Below are positions 26,355-39,337 of a DNA stretch of 49,410 nucleotides, piece by piece. Position numbers and translations under genes: made by a program. Source of the DNA: Atractiella rhizophila (Eukaryota); the NCBI GenBank assembly GCA_021432655.1, contig MU271224.1, positions 87,084 through 136,493 of the forward strand, written 5' to 3'. The stretch's first letter is position 1; each line of letters starts with the position of its first letter. The notes beneath the pieces are model-generated. The model was not told where the DNA came from. It ran no database searches and was given only the letters and a program-made list of their open reading frames with translations.

Positions 26355-29300
26355 TTACTTCTTCCAATAGGTAATGGAGCTGGTAAATCCAGTGCGATAG
26401 TTGGTGGCTCCAATGAGGGACTGGCCGTTGTATTTGACCATATTGGAGGATCCGACTGTGAAACAATTAGCGGAGGCCAAAAGACAAAAATCATACGGAC
26501 CAGTTTGAAGTTGATAAATTCTGACGTCGCTGCTGGCAGAGTCGACGGAAATCACATCCGGTTGACAGCTCGAGGTATCAAGGCAGCTTTGAGTGTAGTG
26601 TTGGAAGCTTCAAAACCACCAGCATCAGAGCCATTCAGCAATGTCAACAGGCAACGAACAAATTATATTGTCCGGCACCTGCGATCCAAATATGCGCGCT
26701 GTTCTGGATGAGAGTGGCCCAGCCGTAGTCACCAGGATACGAGGTTGGGTCACCATACGCTGAATTCGCGGGATAGAAGCTTGGAGCAGGCGTCGGTTGA
26801 TAGTAAGCAGACTCCGTCTGACATCCATTTCAGCACCAGAACGATATGAAATGACAAGGTCTCACCTGGATCAGGCCTGCAAAAACATTTTGTGCCCCTG
26901 AAACCACTTAGCGCAAGATCCAGCCCGTGAAGGGAAGAAAGCATACCCTTAAAGTTGTACTGATAGAGACCCCAGTGTTCAGAACCAGTGCCCATTAGCC
27001 ATACAGGACCCGTCGACTCGTCGAGAAGTCCTCGAGGTGCCAACACATTCATTTGACCTTGGGCTAATGATATCTCTTGTAAGTTTCCGGATCACGATGC
27101 AAGAGAAAGACGGACAGGCCACTTCCAGGTCGTGATCTGCAACCCAGTTCCACAAGCCCTCAAAGTAGCCAGACGCGCCAGCCCTGATGTGAAGTCCCAA
27201 GAAAGCTCCAAAACAAGCAGTGTTGGTCGAAGAAGTGCTGCACTGAGCTGTTTGCAAATTTGTGCCTTGAGTTCCACCGATACGAATGTGTGAATCCCAG
27301 ATGGCAGTAGCACCTATAGCCGGATCAGACGTGCATGAATAAAACGGGAACTGACTTACCCTGCGAGCTCTGGGCCACATTCCACTCGAGCATAATAGCA
27401 CCAGCACTTCCTCCGACTAGACGGGGATCATCAGCTTTGAACGCTGCAAAAAAAAATTAAATTACCAGTGTTGAAAACCATTCCGCTAATCTCAACTGAG
27501 CCAACGTCTCCAGTGTTTCCCACTTTGAACACCACGCGAGGAGAGGCAGCATTGGCAAAGTTGCTGCCAAAAGCCTGGATTTGAGGCCAAGCTTCTCCCA
27601 CAATCTATGAACTCTGTTGGCATTATACTATGCTTGAAACAAAGCTTACGATTGTTCCAGTAGGTACCGTAATAGTGTTAGAAACGCTGTGATAGAATCA
27701 GAGATGTCCCAAATGGATTTGTATATCCTACCGATAGATACCATAAGGGAAATCTGCCTGGCTATCAGCTACCAAGGATTGTCCAACAGTCAAAGAACGT
27801 ACAGATGATTTTGCAACCCCAATTCTGGTTGATTGCATTTTGAATAGCGGCGGTGTCATCAGTGTTGCCATTTCCGGTAGCTCCGGCACTTTTAACGTTG
27901 TAGAATTCTATAGGAAGCATCAGTTCGAGGTTCCTATTCGGTGACGGTGGAAGTACGAGAAGCAGAATATTGCTCATATTGAGGACGAGACCTGCCGAAC
28001 ACTGCTCCAGAGCTGGTGAGCAGCGAAGCCGGCTTGGTCCAGTGAGAGAGACTTCGTCCTCCGGTGGTATAAGAGCCCTCTGCACCTCCGTTGGTAGTAA
28101 AACCGGGTCCACGCACCCACAGGTCTAAATTATCTCTCAGCTAGTATCCCTCCTCAACCACGGATACATACCAATAGTGCCCGTACCGGGTCCTTGGAGA
28201 GACGTGACTCCATTGACAGCTTGAACAGCGAATTGAACGTTGGATACTTTAGCGTTGTCGAGGATGATGGAACCAGCAGAATTTCCCGTGATATCAGTGG
28301 AAGTCTGAACGAGGACTACAACATTGGTGGCGGTAGTATCGAGGAAGTATTCTCCCTGCACCGTCTGTAAATTGAAAAATCAGGAACGCAACAGGTTTGT
28401 AAAGCGCGAAAAATACCTGTGCAGCTTGAGTAGAGCCAGTTTGAACATACCAACCGATTCTACAGTTCTCGATTACTGTACCAATCCAGGTGAATCCCCA
28501 ATTCCAGACAGCATAGACAGCAATGTCGGCGTTATAGACCTGAATAACCTCATTGATCAAACGTTCTTGACTTTCTAACAAGTCACAGACCTTAAGGTTG
28601 CGGATCGTAAACTGTTGGTTGCCGATATCTATTGCTCTCCCTCCACCTCGAACTGTGATATCTGAGAAGAATCCTCCTCTACAGAGCATTTAGAGCAGCA
28701 TCTCAGACTCGGGGTCATGGACTTACGATCCGTTTTCCATCCTGAAAATGGTCAGCCTTGAAACTGTGCAGGTGATAACTACCTACCAAAGACCGGTGTG
28801 ACTGGTTGCTCCTTGTGTCATGACGATTTCTTCAAACTACCTTCAGCACAATCTTATTGTCGCTCAGACAATGACAGCCATACCGATATTTTGAAGGTGT
28901 GTTGCTTGTGAAACCTAATGACAGATCCCTAAGACGGAAGATTGATAGGAGAAGCACATACCTGCCAGTGCAAGGCTCTGACATCGTGTTCCAGAGTGAG
29001 ACTAGGTTGGATCATAGCCAAGAAAACGTACCGAGCATTGCCTACAGAGTTAGGGACGGCCGTCATATCAATTCGCATGTTTCGGATGCCCCTGTAGAAC
29101 TATTCCGATCGGTTAGCATTTTAAGTCGTAAAGACAATCGCTGACTTGGTTCTGGTTGGTATACTAGACGGCGAAATTTCTGTCAGTGATAGGCAGACAG
29201 AAAGTAAGTATCAGCAAACCCATTGTGCCCCACCGCCACCAGGGATGTATCTGTGCAAGCGTCAGCTCCATCGCTTTATGAAAAGGTGGCTCACGGATCA

Positions 29301-29943
29301 GTTTCAATAATTGCCAAACCAAGTCCGTTGAAGTTGAAGTTGGCGGTAGCCTTGATAGTAGCTGGATTGCGAGGATCGGAGAGGAACTGGGTGATGTAAT
29401 ATTGGATAACTGGGGAGCTGACAAGGTAGGTACCTGAAGCGGCGTGAGAAAATCAGCAAGATAGGAATGTGACCATGTACCAGGCGGGAAGTAGACTACA
29501 GCTGGCGTCTTCGTGGTGGACGGGCAATTCGCTCCGCATCGGCCACCGGAAGAAATTGCGTTGTTGATGGCAGCAGTGCTGGCATTTCGTCAGCAGTTTG
29601 CTGTCTTGGAGCGAGAAGGACTCACTCGTCAGTTACTCCATCACCCTTCGCTCCAAAATCTTTTACATTCCTGTAGACTGCGTATCCTGATCCCGCAAAT
29701 GGAGCACTGCGTAGAACAAACTTCAGCTCCAGCCAAAAACAGACGAGGTACTTACACTCCATTTTTAGTGATATCCTGATACCAGTATGTCGCTGGATTG
29801 GTTGGCGACAGAGTCTGACCATTACAGCTCGACCCAACTCGTTGAATATTACCAAAATCAGTTAGGTTCGTGAAGCTGGTGACAGGCGAAGAGGATGCTA
29901 GTAGAGGGACGAGGGAGAGTGCGGCTAAGAGAAAGGACAACAT
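26355..29943 (-). CDS. Secreted glycoside hydrolase family 55 exo-beta-1,3-glucanase (two beta-helix domains); highly intron-fragmented
   Basis: Signal peptide MLSFLLAALSLVPLLASS. Two repeats YRNVKDFGAKGDGVTDD and FYNVKSAGATGNGNTDDTAAIQ, plus GNQQFT, WDSHIRIGG, WNWVADHDLE, GTGSEH. Ends ..SITYWKK*. Confidence 0.93.
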
Positions 29944-31619
29944 TGCGTCTTCCAGCTTCCGCTTGCTTTGCGATAGGCTAAAGCTGGATTCTCTCTTCTT
30001 TTTCCATCCTTTTATACCAAATTAACACCCGCGCGTTCGGCATGCTCCATCCCACGTACGTATATGCGCGTTGGGAAAGATAGTGCATGCAGGCGGGCAA
30101 GCTTGTGGGCCACCTTGTGGAGCGCAATGATCCAGATGCTTGCAAAAGCTTCCCAAGCGCTCTTCCACAACATCCGAAGATCGATGGGATTAACTAGGAT
30201 TGACGGATCCACACAGCTCCCCCGCATGACGACGAGGATCGTTTATTTTCAAGCCCTTTTGTCCCAACAGAGTGATCAATCTTATCGATGCAGCTCACCT
30301 GGCATCCCCCGCACCTAATTAAGTGCCTAATCATGCCATACAAGGATTCGGCGCTGCCCGACTGATCGCATGTGCGGGGCCTGGCGAGCAGTGGAGCCCT
30401 GCGCCAGGACAGCAAAGATGCATATCGACTCGATGGGTGGCAGAGCTACGGGGCAGTAGTAAACATTCCGAAATATTGACAGTGTGAACTTCAGTGTAAT
30501 CAGGTAGTCAGTTTTCCCACTTGTTTTGAGATCGGTCAGCTATGAATGTTGTAGACTTCTAGATTTGCACATGTAAAAAGCCTGCAGGAAACACAAGAGG
30601 CGTAAGAGCACATGAGAACAGAGGGGGAAGTGGCATGAGCAGGTGTTGGGCTCATCGATGGCGCGGTCCCATCCATACAGAAAGGGCTGAGCCGTTGGAA
30701 CGTCTCTCACCATGCGATTGCTCGCGACACTGCCATCTGCCATCAGTATCAGAGCTCGTTGATGAAAAATCAGGCCACGTTCAAGCCCGGAATATGGGGC
30801 GTTGCAGAATCGACCCAAAACAATTTCAAGTATGTGAACAATGCATGGTCACAATCCCTTGCAAGATCACACATCTGACGGTGTAATAAGGAACACTGCA
30901 AGGATTTAGACAGTTAACATCTGGCAAAGATACAACATCTCTTTTCATCATGGCATGCTCATTCAAGTGGAATCGCAGGTAAGAAATATCTAAACTCACA
31001 ACACGTTCGCATGTATTCAGTTCTCTCAAAGCCTGTTTGGAGGTTAATCGATACCTCTGAACTCCGAATAAGAAAAAAGACGCGGAAACGCAATTGTATC
31101 TAAGAAATAATCGAACTGAAGTTTGTCAGAGGGAACAGGTATCCCTTGTATCCTTCTGCAGGAAGTGAATAAGGAATCACAGACACCGATCAACACATTC
31201 ACTTCACTTCATCGATTTCGTCTGATTTCATATCTTTTGACTCCCAGCATCAAATGGAACAGGTTAGGTTTGCAATATTCAATGCTCACCATGATCTCTA
31301 CGTTTCTCACCACCAACATCGTAGATATGTGACCAACGGGGGTTTTCCGAGTCCGGCATGCCCTCACTTCCTTCTGTCACGAAGCTCTAATGCTTGAATC
31401 CATAAACGATTCAACAATGTCAAGGCGGGATGTGGCCAGCGACAACATGCGCTGCCAAACGACCACCTGCGCAAGCTTGTGAAACGCGTTTCAACCCTTT
31501 TTGCTGCTCAACCGACTTATACTTCAACACTGTCTAAATCAACTTTTTATTGACCAGTGCCCTGATTCTGGTCATATTTGCTATATAACGAACCACTTTA
31601 CGAAACAGGAAGAGGAATA

Positions 31620-34332
31620 ATGAGCGACTTGAAGATTGACACGAATGAGGCTGTTGAAGGACAGATCGGGAGGCAGCAAGGTAAGTTTTTTTGTTGCTTG
31701 CTCTCTATTGCAAAGGTCAGAATGGTGCTCCTTGGAGATTTGTACGACGTCGATATCAATGAAGACCTTTGGAGATACCTCCTAAACCAGAGACCAAGCT
31801 CCCTGCTGGCTGAAGTGGTTAACGGCAACTCGGTGGTGTAGCATAGCGCCATTGTGACGAGTTTACGGCCCAAGTCCTACCCAAAGCTGAGAATGAGAGA
31901 AGGATTGCAGTTGGTTTTGGGCGAAGCGCAAGGCGCAAATACTCGAGACAGGTTGTAGCGGAGATGTAGTGCGAAGGTTGGCTGTAATGCGTGTCACCCT
32001 CCTTCTGAAATGTGCGAGCTCAAGGGAATCGTATTTTTACGATTTTGCTTGGAGGGAGATGACAATGAGCTAGGAAAGTGCCTGTGAACTCTGCGGTGCT
32101 GGTGGTCTCAGCTACTCAATGTGTTTATCGGGGTGGAGCGTACGCATATTACCAAAGCCAAAAAGCAATCCTCAAACCATTATTCGTCCAATATTCTAGC
32201 CTAGAGCAAAGCCAATTTCCGCCTTAGTGCTGACACTAATACCGTCTCAAACAGGTCCCTCATCTCCAGCTTCCGTGGCCTCTTTTTCTACGACAGGCGA
32301 ATTCAAAGCCACATCAGCAGAAGCATACGTCCTCTCCCCCTCCTACGCCTTGTCTCCCTCCGAGTCTGCTTTTTCACTCGATCAACATGCGTCACCAACA
32401 TTTCAGTTTGAGCACGAAGTGCCACTTTCGCCCCAATCCGTGCAGTCGCACCAGGAGCAGGAGGCAACACCTGTGCATACTAACGGGTTTGCGGATGTGA
32501 AGGGACGATCTTCCTCGGAAGAAGAGGGAGAAGATGAAATGGAGCGGTTGAGGAGGGAGAATGCGAGGCTGAGGAAGTTGGTCGAGGATGCGTATGAGAG
32601 TCCTTCGGAGTCTGAAGGCAAAGAAAAACTCTTACCTCACTTCCTGAAGCTACAAGCCAAGCATTCAGCACTTCAAGAAGCACATGCCGACCTCTCTCAC
32701 AACTTTCACGTTCTTTCTGCAGAGGTGGAGTCGTTGAGATCTTTGAAAGCTGGAATGGAGGAAACGAAGAAGGAGCTTGTGGAGAGCAAGGAAACGGTGG
32801 CATATTTGAGGAAGGGGCTGGAGGAAGCGAGGAGAACGGCGAACGCGATAAAGGGGCAACATACGAGGGGGCATTCGAGGACTGGTTCATTTGGCTCGCA
32901 AGCGGCGGAAGGGATGAATAAGCGATTCTCTGTCGCTTCCAGCTTCGCGGGCCTTACAAGTTCGAGTTCCACAACCGAGGATGACACTACTCCTTCTACA
33001 CCTACATCGTCAAGCGCCAATAGGAGGTCAATCCAAATGACGCCGAAGGGACCAGGCAATCGGCGACAGTTTTCCCTCTCTCTTTCTCTTAATTCGGACA
33101 CTTCCAATGTTCCTGATCCCGAAGTCTTCTCTCCCGGAGGCGGCCTCCTTCCTCTCCGCCTCGCTTCTCCGTTGACAACTTCTAGGCCCGATTATGATAA
33201 TCGCCGACTTTCCTCGTCAACTCTCGGTTCTCTCTCAGAACATGATGAAGACGCTCTATACGGACCGAGAACCCCTTCGCCCCGGTCTGTCTCTCCCCTC
33301 CCGTCCCCAGGACTAAAGGTGCCAAATGGAACATCTTCCTCGAATGCTGCAATTTTGAAACTGAAAGACGAGCACGAACGGGAGATTTCTGGATTGAAAG
33401 ATCGGATCAACTTGCTTTCGAAACAGCTTCTTGAAGCGGAAGAGGGCAGACAAGCATCAGAGAATTTGTTGAAGGTATTAAGGGAGTTCATGGCAGGTAA
33501 TAAGGAGGCGGCTAAGAAGTGGGCCGAGCGAGGAGAAGGAGAAGCAACAGAAGGTCCAGCAGAGTTGGTTATGCTTCCTCCCCTCCCCACAGAGGCAGAT
33601 CCAGACATGGAACCCAAGCCTACACCACCTCCAACAACGTCGAAATGGACCCTGCCTCGTTTTGGATCCTTCGGTTCGCGCGCCGCAGCCCCTACGAAAC
33701 CGCCTTCAGAAGCTGCTTCGACACCAGCATCAGTGCGTGAAGAGCCTCTGTCACCCCTCCCTCCGGATGCGCAGACGCCTTCAAGCGACGGTCTCTTCAG
33801 TCCTCCGCCTTCCACCGCGGCTTCTACATCTCCCTCAATCTTTTCCGCCGCAGCCTTCAACTGGGGACGCAAATCGCTCGCGAAGGATGAACCCGCCACA
33901 CCAGTCACTTCCCCGGAGCCGGAACTCCCCCTTCCTCCAAAGGTGGATGCCCAGGGAACGATCACTTCTTCATCAAATCAGGCACGGAGAAAGTTTCCTT
34001 CCTTCTCGTTCGGTGCGGTATTTGGGAAGGCTGCTGCAACGGAGGACGCAGAAAAGGGACTACCAGCTCCGCCTCCTGCTGCTGAGGAGGAGGCCAAAGG
34101 ACTAGGTATCAGTCAAGTCTTGACGAAGCAGGAAGACGAGCAGATAGTGGAGCATGATGGTGATATTGGCGGATTGCAGATGGATAGGGATGATCCCAAA
34201 ACTCCAGTCCTCGGGGAACAGGCCAACAAGGATGCTAAAGTGGATCTAAAGACTGAATCGCCGGGTAAGGTAGAGGATGAGCTGAAGAAGAAGGACACCG
34301 ACGTAACCGAGGATGTCGGCTCAGCAATGTGA
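31620..34332 (+). CDS. Hypothetical Ser/Pro-rich protein with central coiled coils (exon 1 31620-31680, exon 2 32255-34332)
   Basis: The 701-aa ORF lacks an early ATG. A short ATG exon ending G|GTAAGT joins in phase 1 to the acceptor ..CTAAT..ACAG|GT at 32254. Confidence 0.8.
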
Positions 34333-34612
34333 ATGAAGGCAGGTGTGAATATGCGCTCCTTCGGCGTGACACATTGGCTGTATGATGGGTTGATTAAATT
34401 TCGGACTTCGACATTGGTTTATCCATGGGTTGACCCTTTTTCAATTTAGTATATTTGACGACGCTGAACGTCTCGTCTCCCGTCCTCTTTGTTTATGGCC
34501 GTTTCCAGTGCATATTTCGGAACGAACGAATAAATAAAGAGCAACGATTCGCAACTATTTAGTTATAGACCATAAATGACAGCTACTTTTGCGCCAACAA
34601 AGAACCATTCCG

Positions 34613-36700
34613 TCAGGTCCTCCCAAATCCCTGTCCTATCCCTCTCTTCGCTAAATCCACCACACTCCTTACCCCATCTTTGAAATCAAACCAACCTTGT
34701 GCACTTGCCGCCATGACATCTTGCCATTTTTTACCTCCCAGCTCGTCTCCCTCCTCCGGCCGGCCTCCTGCAACACCAACAAGAGCACGCTTCAGCCACC
34801 CCATTTCATTCAGTATTTCCAACCCGGTACTTCTCAACCTCACTATCGGATCCCAATTCGATGCATGTAGCTGGTACAATGTGTCTGTGGCGAGTAAGAG
34901 TGACTCGTTCGCGAGCACACGACGCCGCTCGTACCGCTTCAAGAGCGTGACTGAACCGACCTCTTCCGCCCCTTCTATCCCTTCGGCAAGGACGGAGGAA
35001 AGAGCATGGCTGTCACCTAGTCCCATGTTCAACCCCTGTCCTGCAAGAGGGTGAATGGTATGGGCTGCGTCTCCAATCAGTGCAACGCGGGGTGCGTAGT
35101 AGGTGTCGGCGTGTGAAAGCCTGAGGGGGAAGGCAGCGAGCGTTCCTGTTTGCAGAGCAACTGCGAATGGCGGGAGGGGAATCGAAGGTGGATCTAAAGT
35201 GGGAATTTCAGGGGTGGTCGCGTCGGGAGTAAGGAGGGGCAGAGATGAGAGGAGGTTCTGCAGAGCGTTGGAAGGCAGACGGAAGGCGGCGTTAACCAGT
35301 TGGGGGATGAAGTGGGAGGGGAGCGCGAGAATGGCCTTTGCGATGGAAGGGGGGAGAGACCAAACTATGGATGTTCGGTTGGGAGAGAGCTGCGTTTACC
35401 GCGTTCGACGTTCATTAAACTCACAGAAGGAAAGATAGATGCAAGGGGAAGAGAGAAGTGAAAACGAACGGGTAAGTACGCAATGGGACCGCTGCTCAAA
35501 AAGCGCTGATAGGCAGTCTCATTCACATCTCCCATCTTTGGTTCGACCTCCAAATTGAGAACTATGCCCATAGCATCATAAGCATGCCCAGTAGACTTGA
35601 TTCCCGCAAACGCTTTAACAGGCGAATTATGGCCGTCCGCTCCAACCTACAAATCTTCATTAGCCTTCTGCATACCCTACAGCAGTTGGGAAAACTGATA
35701 CTCACGAGTAAGCGAGTCTTTAGCTTCCTCCCATTACTCAATGTCAGGACCGGCCATCCACTCTCAACCCCGCTACTCCCTTCTCCTCCATCCCGTACAA
35801 TATCCTCTACCTTCGTTTTATCGAGGATCTCCAGTTCAACATTGCCGCTGTTCTCTCTCCCGGAAAGAAAGGACAAAAGTCCACGTTGAAGATTCAAGTT
35901 CTCTACTAGTGTGGCCATTGGTTCATTCCCAGAATTAAATTCGATGAGAGCGTCGGTGACCCCGTCTGATACCTGAGAAACAATTGGTTAGACCTTCGCG
36001 CACGCTTTTTGGAAGCAGAAAACGACTGTGCGCGAATAAACCGAATAGATATTTCTTTCAATGGAACATTCTTCATCATATCATGCCAAATGTATGGCTG
36101 CTGTTGGGGGTACATCTACCTTAAAGAATGACAGGAGCCACTAGACATGGTAAGGAATGCAAAGGCTTGGTCCTTGGTCCTCAAACGAATCATGAAAGAA
36201 TCACAAACAGAAATGACAGAAGACAAGAAATTTGAAGAAAGGAAGAACATACCACCATATCCTTCATCGGCCACGCCCTCTCTCTCCGCACATGATCCCA
36301 CCCCCCAAACCCCTCCAAAAAAGCCTTCGAGTCCGCCGTAATACTGCTCACTCGATTCGAATACTCGCCGACTCCCAACCTACTAGGATTGGGGAAAGAA
36401 CGAATGTGCTCAAAATCCGCGCCGTCGAGGAGAGTGATTTTCCTAACATATGAAGAGGTAATGGCCGGGTTGGCCACTAAAAGCCCGATATCAGACATCT
36501 CGTTTCTTAGGTATGGAAGGGATGGAGAAATACGAACCCAGAGCAGAAGCCAGTGAAAGGCCAGCCGGACCCCCACCCACGATCACTATGTCATGATTTT
36601 CGGGTGTGGTCGCTGCAGTTGCTATCCCACGCACACGAAGGCGCCCTGAGCGAAGAAGGAGAGGGAGACAGCGTGGACTGGAGAGGAGACGAGGTTGCAT
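34613..36700 (-). CDS. COQ6: Ubiquinone biosynthesis FAD monooxygenase
   Basis: Arg-rich mitochondrial-type presequence, DIVIVGGGPAGL, YSNRVSSIT, AYQRFL..GPIAYLP, ALIGDAAHTIHPLAGQGLNMGLGD. Confidence 0.92.
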
Positions 36701-36980
36701 AGTTTGGGGTATCACGTGATTAGAATACTCAAAGTGTTTACCTTTGAAAATGCTGTTCGATCATCCTGGATCAGGCTCTCGCACAAGGATAGGGATATTA
36801 CATATAAAAACAAATGACGTTTTCACTATGGAACATTTTACTGATGTACTATACAAGTTGCCTTGGCGTTAATTGTGTCACCCGAAAATCGAAGTACATT
36901 CATTTCCTGCCCAAAACAACCAACGTCAAGCGGATCGACTCCATGGCTCCAATTACAATAAACAGCAACGGCGAACTCAC

Positions 36981-37951
36981 CTAAATTTGTCTCATTCCTC
37001 CATTGTGCTCGCCCACGTCGGCTCCCTGGAGGGCCAACAACCTAGCCTCTCCCTTGCCCACTCCTTTTGACATTCTCAAGTCCCAAGCAAAGCTGAGCAA
37101 GTAGAACGTGAACCCAAAAGCGATGACCCATTCCAGTATGGCCGCTACGTCGTACGCTACAGTCCCGTCCAGGAAGAGGAAAATCGCAAACGCGATGGCG
37201 AGGAGGATCTCTGCACCGGCGATAATACCTTTGACGATGTAGTGCACGCGGAGAGTACGGAGCCAGGGGACGTCATGGGCAATGAATCGGAGCTGTTCAT
37301 GAACAGCGAGCACACCGTCAGTGTCTTTGTAACACAACAAGAGGAAGAGGGTCGGACCTCCATTATCGTAAAGAGTGCGGAAAGCGCGACTCCGAGCATG
37401 AAAACGAGCAAGAAGACACGGTGAAGAGATGGGAATCGCTTCGTATCGAATATAGAGAGCAAGATGAGACCACAACCACCTATGAAGGAGCCAAGGATCG
37501 CGAGGAAAGCGCAGACGCGTTCTCTGTTCCTAAAGTTCGGTACCAAGCTATTCGATCGCGACAATATTTAGTCAATACTTGACATTAGCAAAAGAGAATG
37601 AGAAGACATACCGTCCAGTGTGTCGCAACCCCTTCTCAACCACCAGAGTGAGAAAGAAGGAAAGGGCGGTGATGGAGCAGCCGGTGATGAAGAGTGGTTT
37701 GAGGATGTCAGCTCCAACGTCTGAGATGTAAGCAATGTTGCCTTCCATGGAGACGTAATGTGGACGCCCTTGCGCTAGCCAAGTGACGAGCATGGCGAGT
37801 AGCGTGCCTGAGACACGCCACCATCAGTCCTCGCACTGGCCCTTGAGAGAGAAGGGAACTCACCAAACCACACGACAGAGCCAAAGATGGGGATCCATAC
37901 ATATAGCCAATGGTGGTGCCTTGAGCCTGTGGTAGAGAATCGCGAGTCCAT
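36981..37951 (-). CDS. Frag1/DRAM/Sfk1-family membrane protein
   Basis: IAYISDVGADILKPLFITG, LSIFDTKRFPSLHRVFL and AAILEWVIAFGFTFY motifs; ~6 TM; GT-AG introns. Confidence 0.88.
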
Positions 37952-39276
37952 GTTCTTCATCCACAATGGAAACACTCAACTCCATTCTTCTATCACGAAA
38001 TGGAAGCACTTACAAGTCAACAACAACTTGAACAAGTAGCTTATTGGCAGGAAAGTCCAGACCTAACTCGTAGCAGCCTCGTAAAGACGTGCAAATAAAG
38101 GTGAGGTCGTCGCAGGGTGAGCAGGTACGAGGGTAGTATTATGAGCGTGCAGTTGAAAAAGGGATGCTGTTTATAAGACCAGCTGAAATTGCGACGTCAT
38201 AATCCGAAGTAACGGAACCAACTTTGCGCATTTTCCATCATCAGCAACAAAGACTATCTTTTCGACACTCGGCCTTGATGTAATGGGTGATCCGCATAGT
38301 CTGAGGTGGACGTGATATCACGCATCATGTTCCGATAGCAACTTGTTGAGGAGAGATGCGAACAGTTGCACGCGTGGTACGTTTTCTCCTCGACTGGACG
38401 TAGGCAGTAGATGGTATGGTGAATGCACGTTCAGACTAGTTGTGCCGAAGTTTGAACAAAGCTTTCTGCTTTTCACGTCTCAAGAAAATTAAAATCCGTA
38501 GTCGCTTCCCTGCTCTGATGGTGTAGGTGACTGGTTGGAGGTTCAAACCTGGAAAGTATGCGTAGTTCAAACATGTCCAGGCTGAAGCGAAAATGGTGCC
38601 AAACACTGTTTATGGAAGTGTCTGCATCAGAACGTTACAAAGCAGCGCACAGTCTTCAACTGCCTTTGAGAGTGGAGATAGGGCTAGATTGCAGAGAGAC
38701 AATAGATGATGATGCCCGAACTCGGGTGGCCAAGTTGCATCCCAAGGTGGATCCTTGGCGGAGTGGAGACCAATTTTGCAGTTTCTACGAACAACCATGC
38801 AAGTTGACGGCACATCGCACGTCAGCGTCTGCCGTGGTCAGTTCAACACTACGGTGGGGGTATGCTAGACAGAAGGATGAGAAAGGAGAGCGATATTTTC
38901 GTTCACTAAAACGAAAGTTCCATACGGGTGACGCTTCAATATTTCCCTACCCATTTCGCGAGATATCAATATAAATTTGCCCTATTGCTTGGATTCACCA
39001 GTGAAGTTTTCAGTAGGCAGATCTTGGTTCATGCCGCCACACTTCAAAGTCACCACTAATCTAAAGTTATCTCTTTAATTCTCGTCCCTAATTTTTTGGA
39101 GATTCGTGGAGCCCTGGGTTCAAACACGTCAACTCGGCTGATGGAGACTCCACGCCGTGAATCTACATTCGCTCTCCACTCTGTTGTCCTGCGATGTTTC
39201 TCACAGGAAATACTAGGCAGCCTCACCAATATGAGCTTCAAGTGGAGTAGACGGAAGACCACACTGACAATGGAGG

Positions 39277-39285
39277 TATAAAAGC
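39277..39285 (+). promoter_or_regulatory. Putative TATA box of the aldo-keto reductase gene
   Basis: gTATAAAAg about 60 nt upstream of the ATG at 39338. Confidence 0.45.
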
Positions 39286-39337
39286 GGAATGGCCCTATTT
39301 TCTCCATCTGCTCCAAAGAAGTCGAAGAAAGAATACG

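Noticed and set aside
31885..32090. TPP riboswitch (gctgaga) or RNase P/MRP (ggaaagt) motifs in the long intron
   Set aside because: The remaining conserved elements are absent.
33192..33965. Long antisense ORFs (e.g. 33192-33965, 21245-21877, 9256-9846, 43480-44004)
   Set aside because: They are shadows of well-supported genes on the opposite strand, caused by codon bias.
38520..39130. Several 'gttcaaa' B-box-like motifs and the 138-aa ORF 38558-38974
   Set aside because: No acceptor or anticodon stems. The ORF has no motif and lies in a divergent promoter region.
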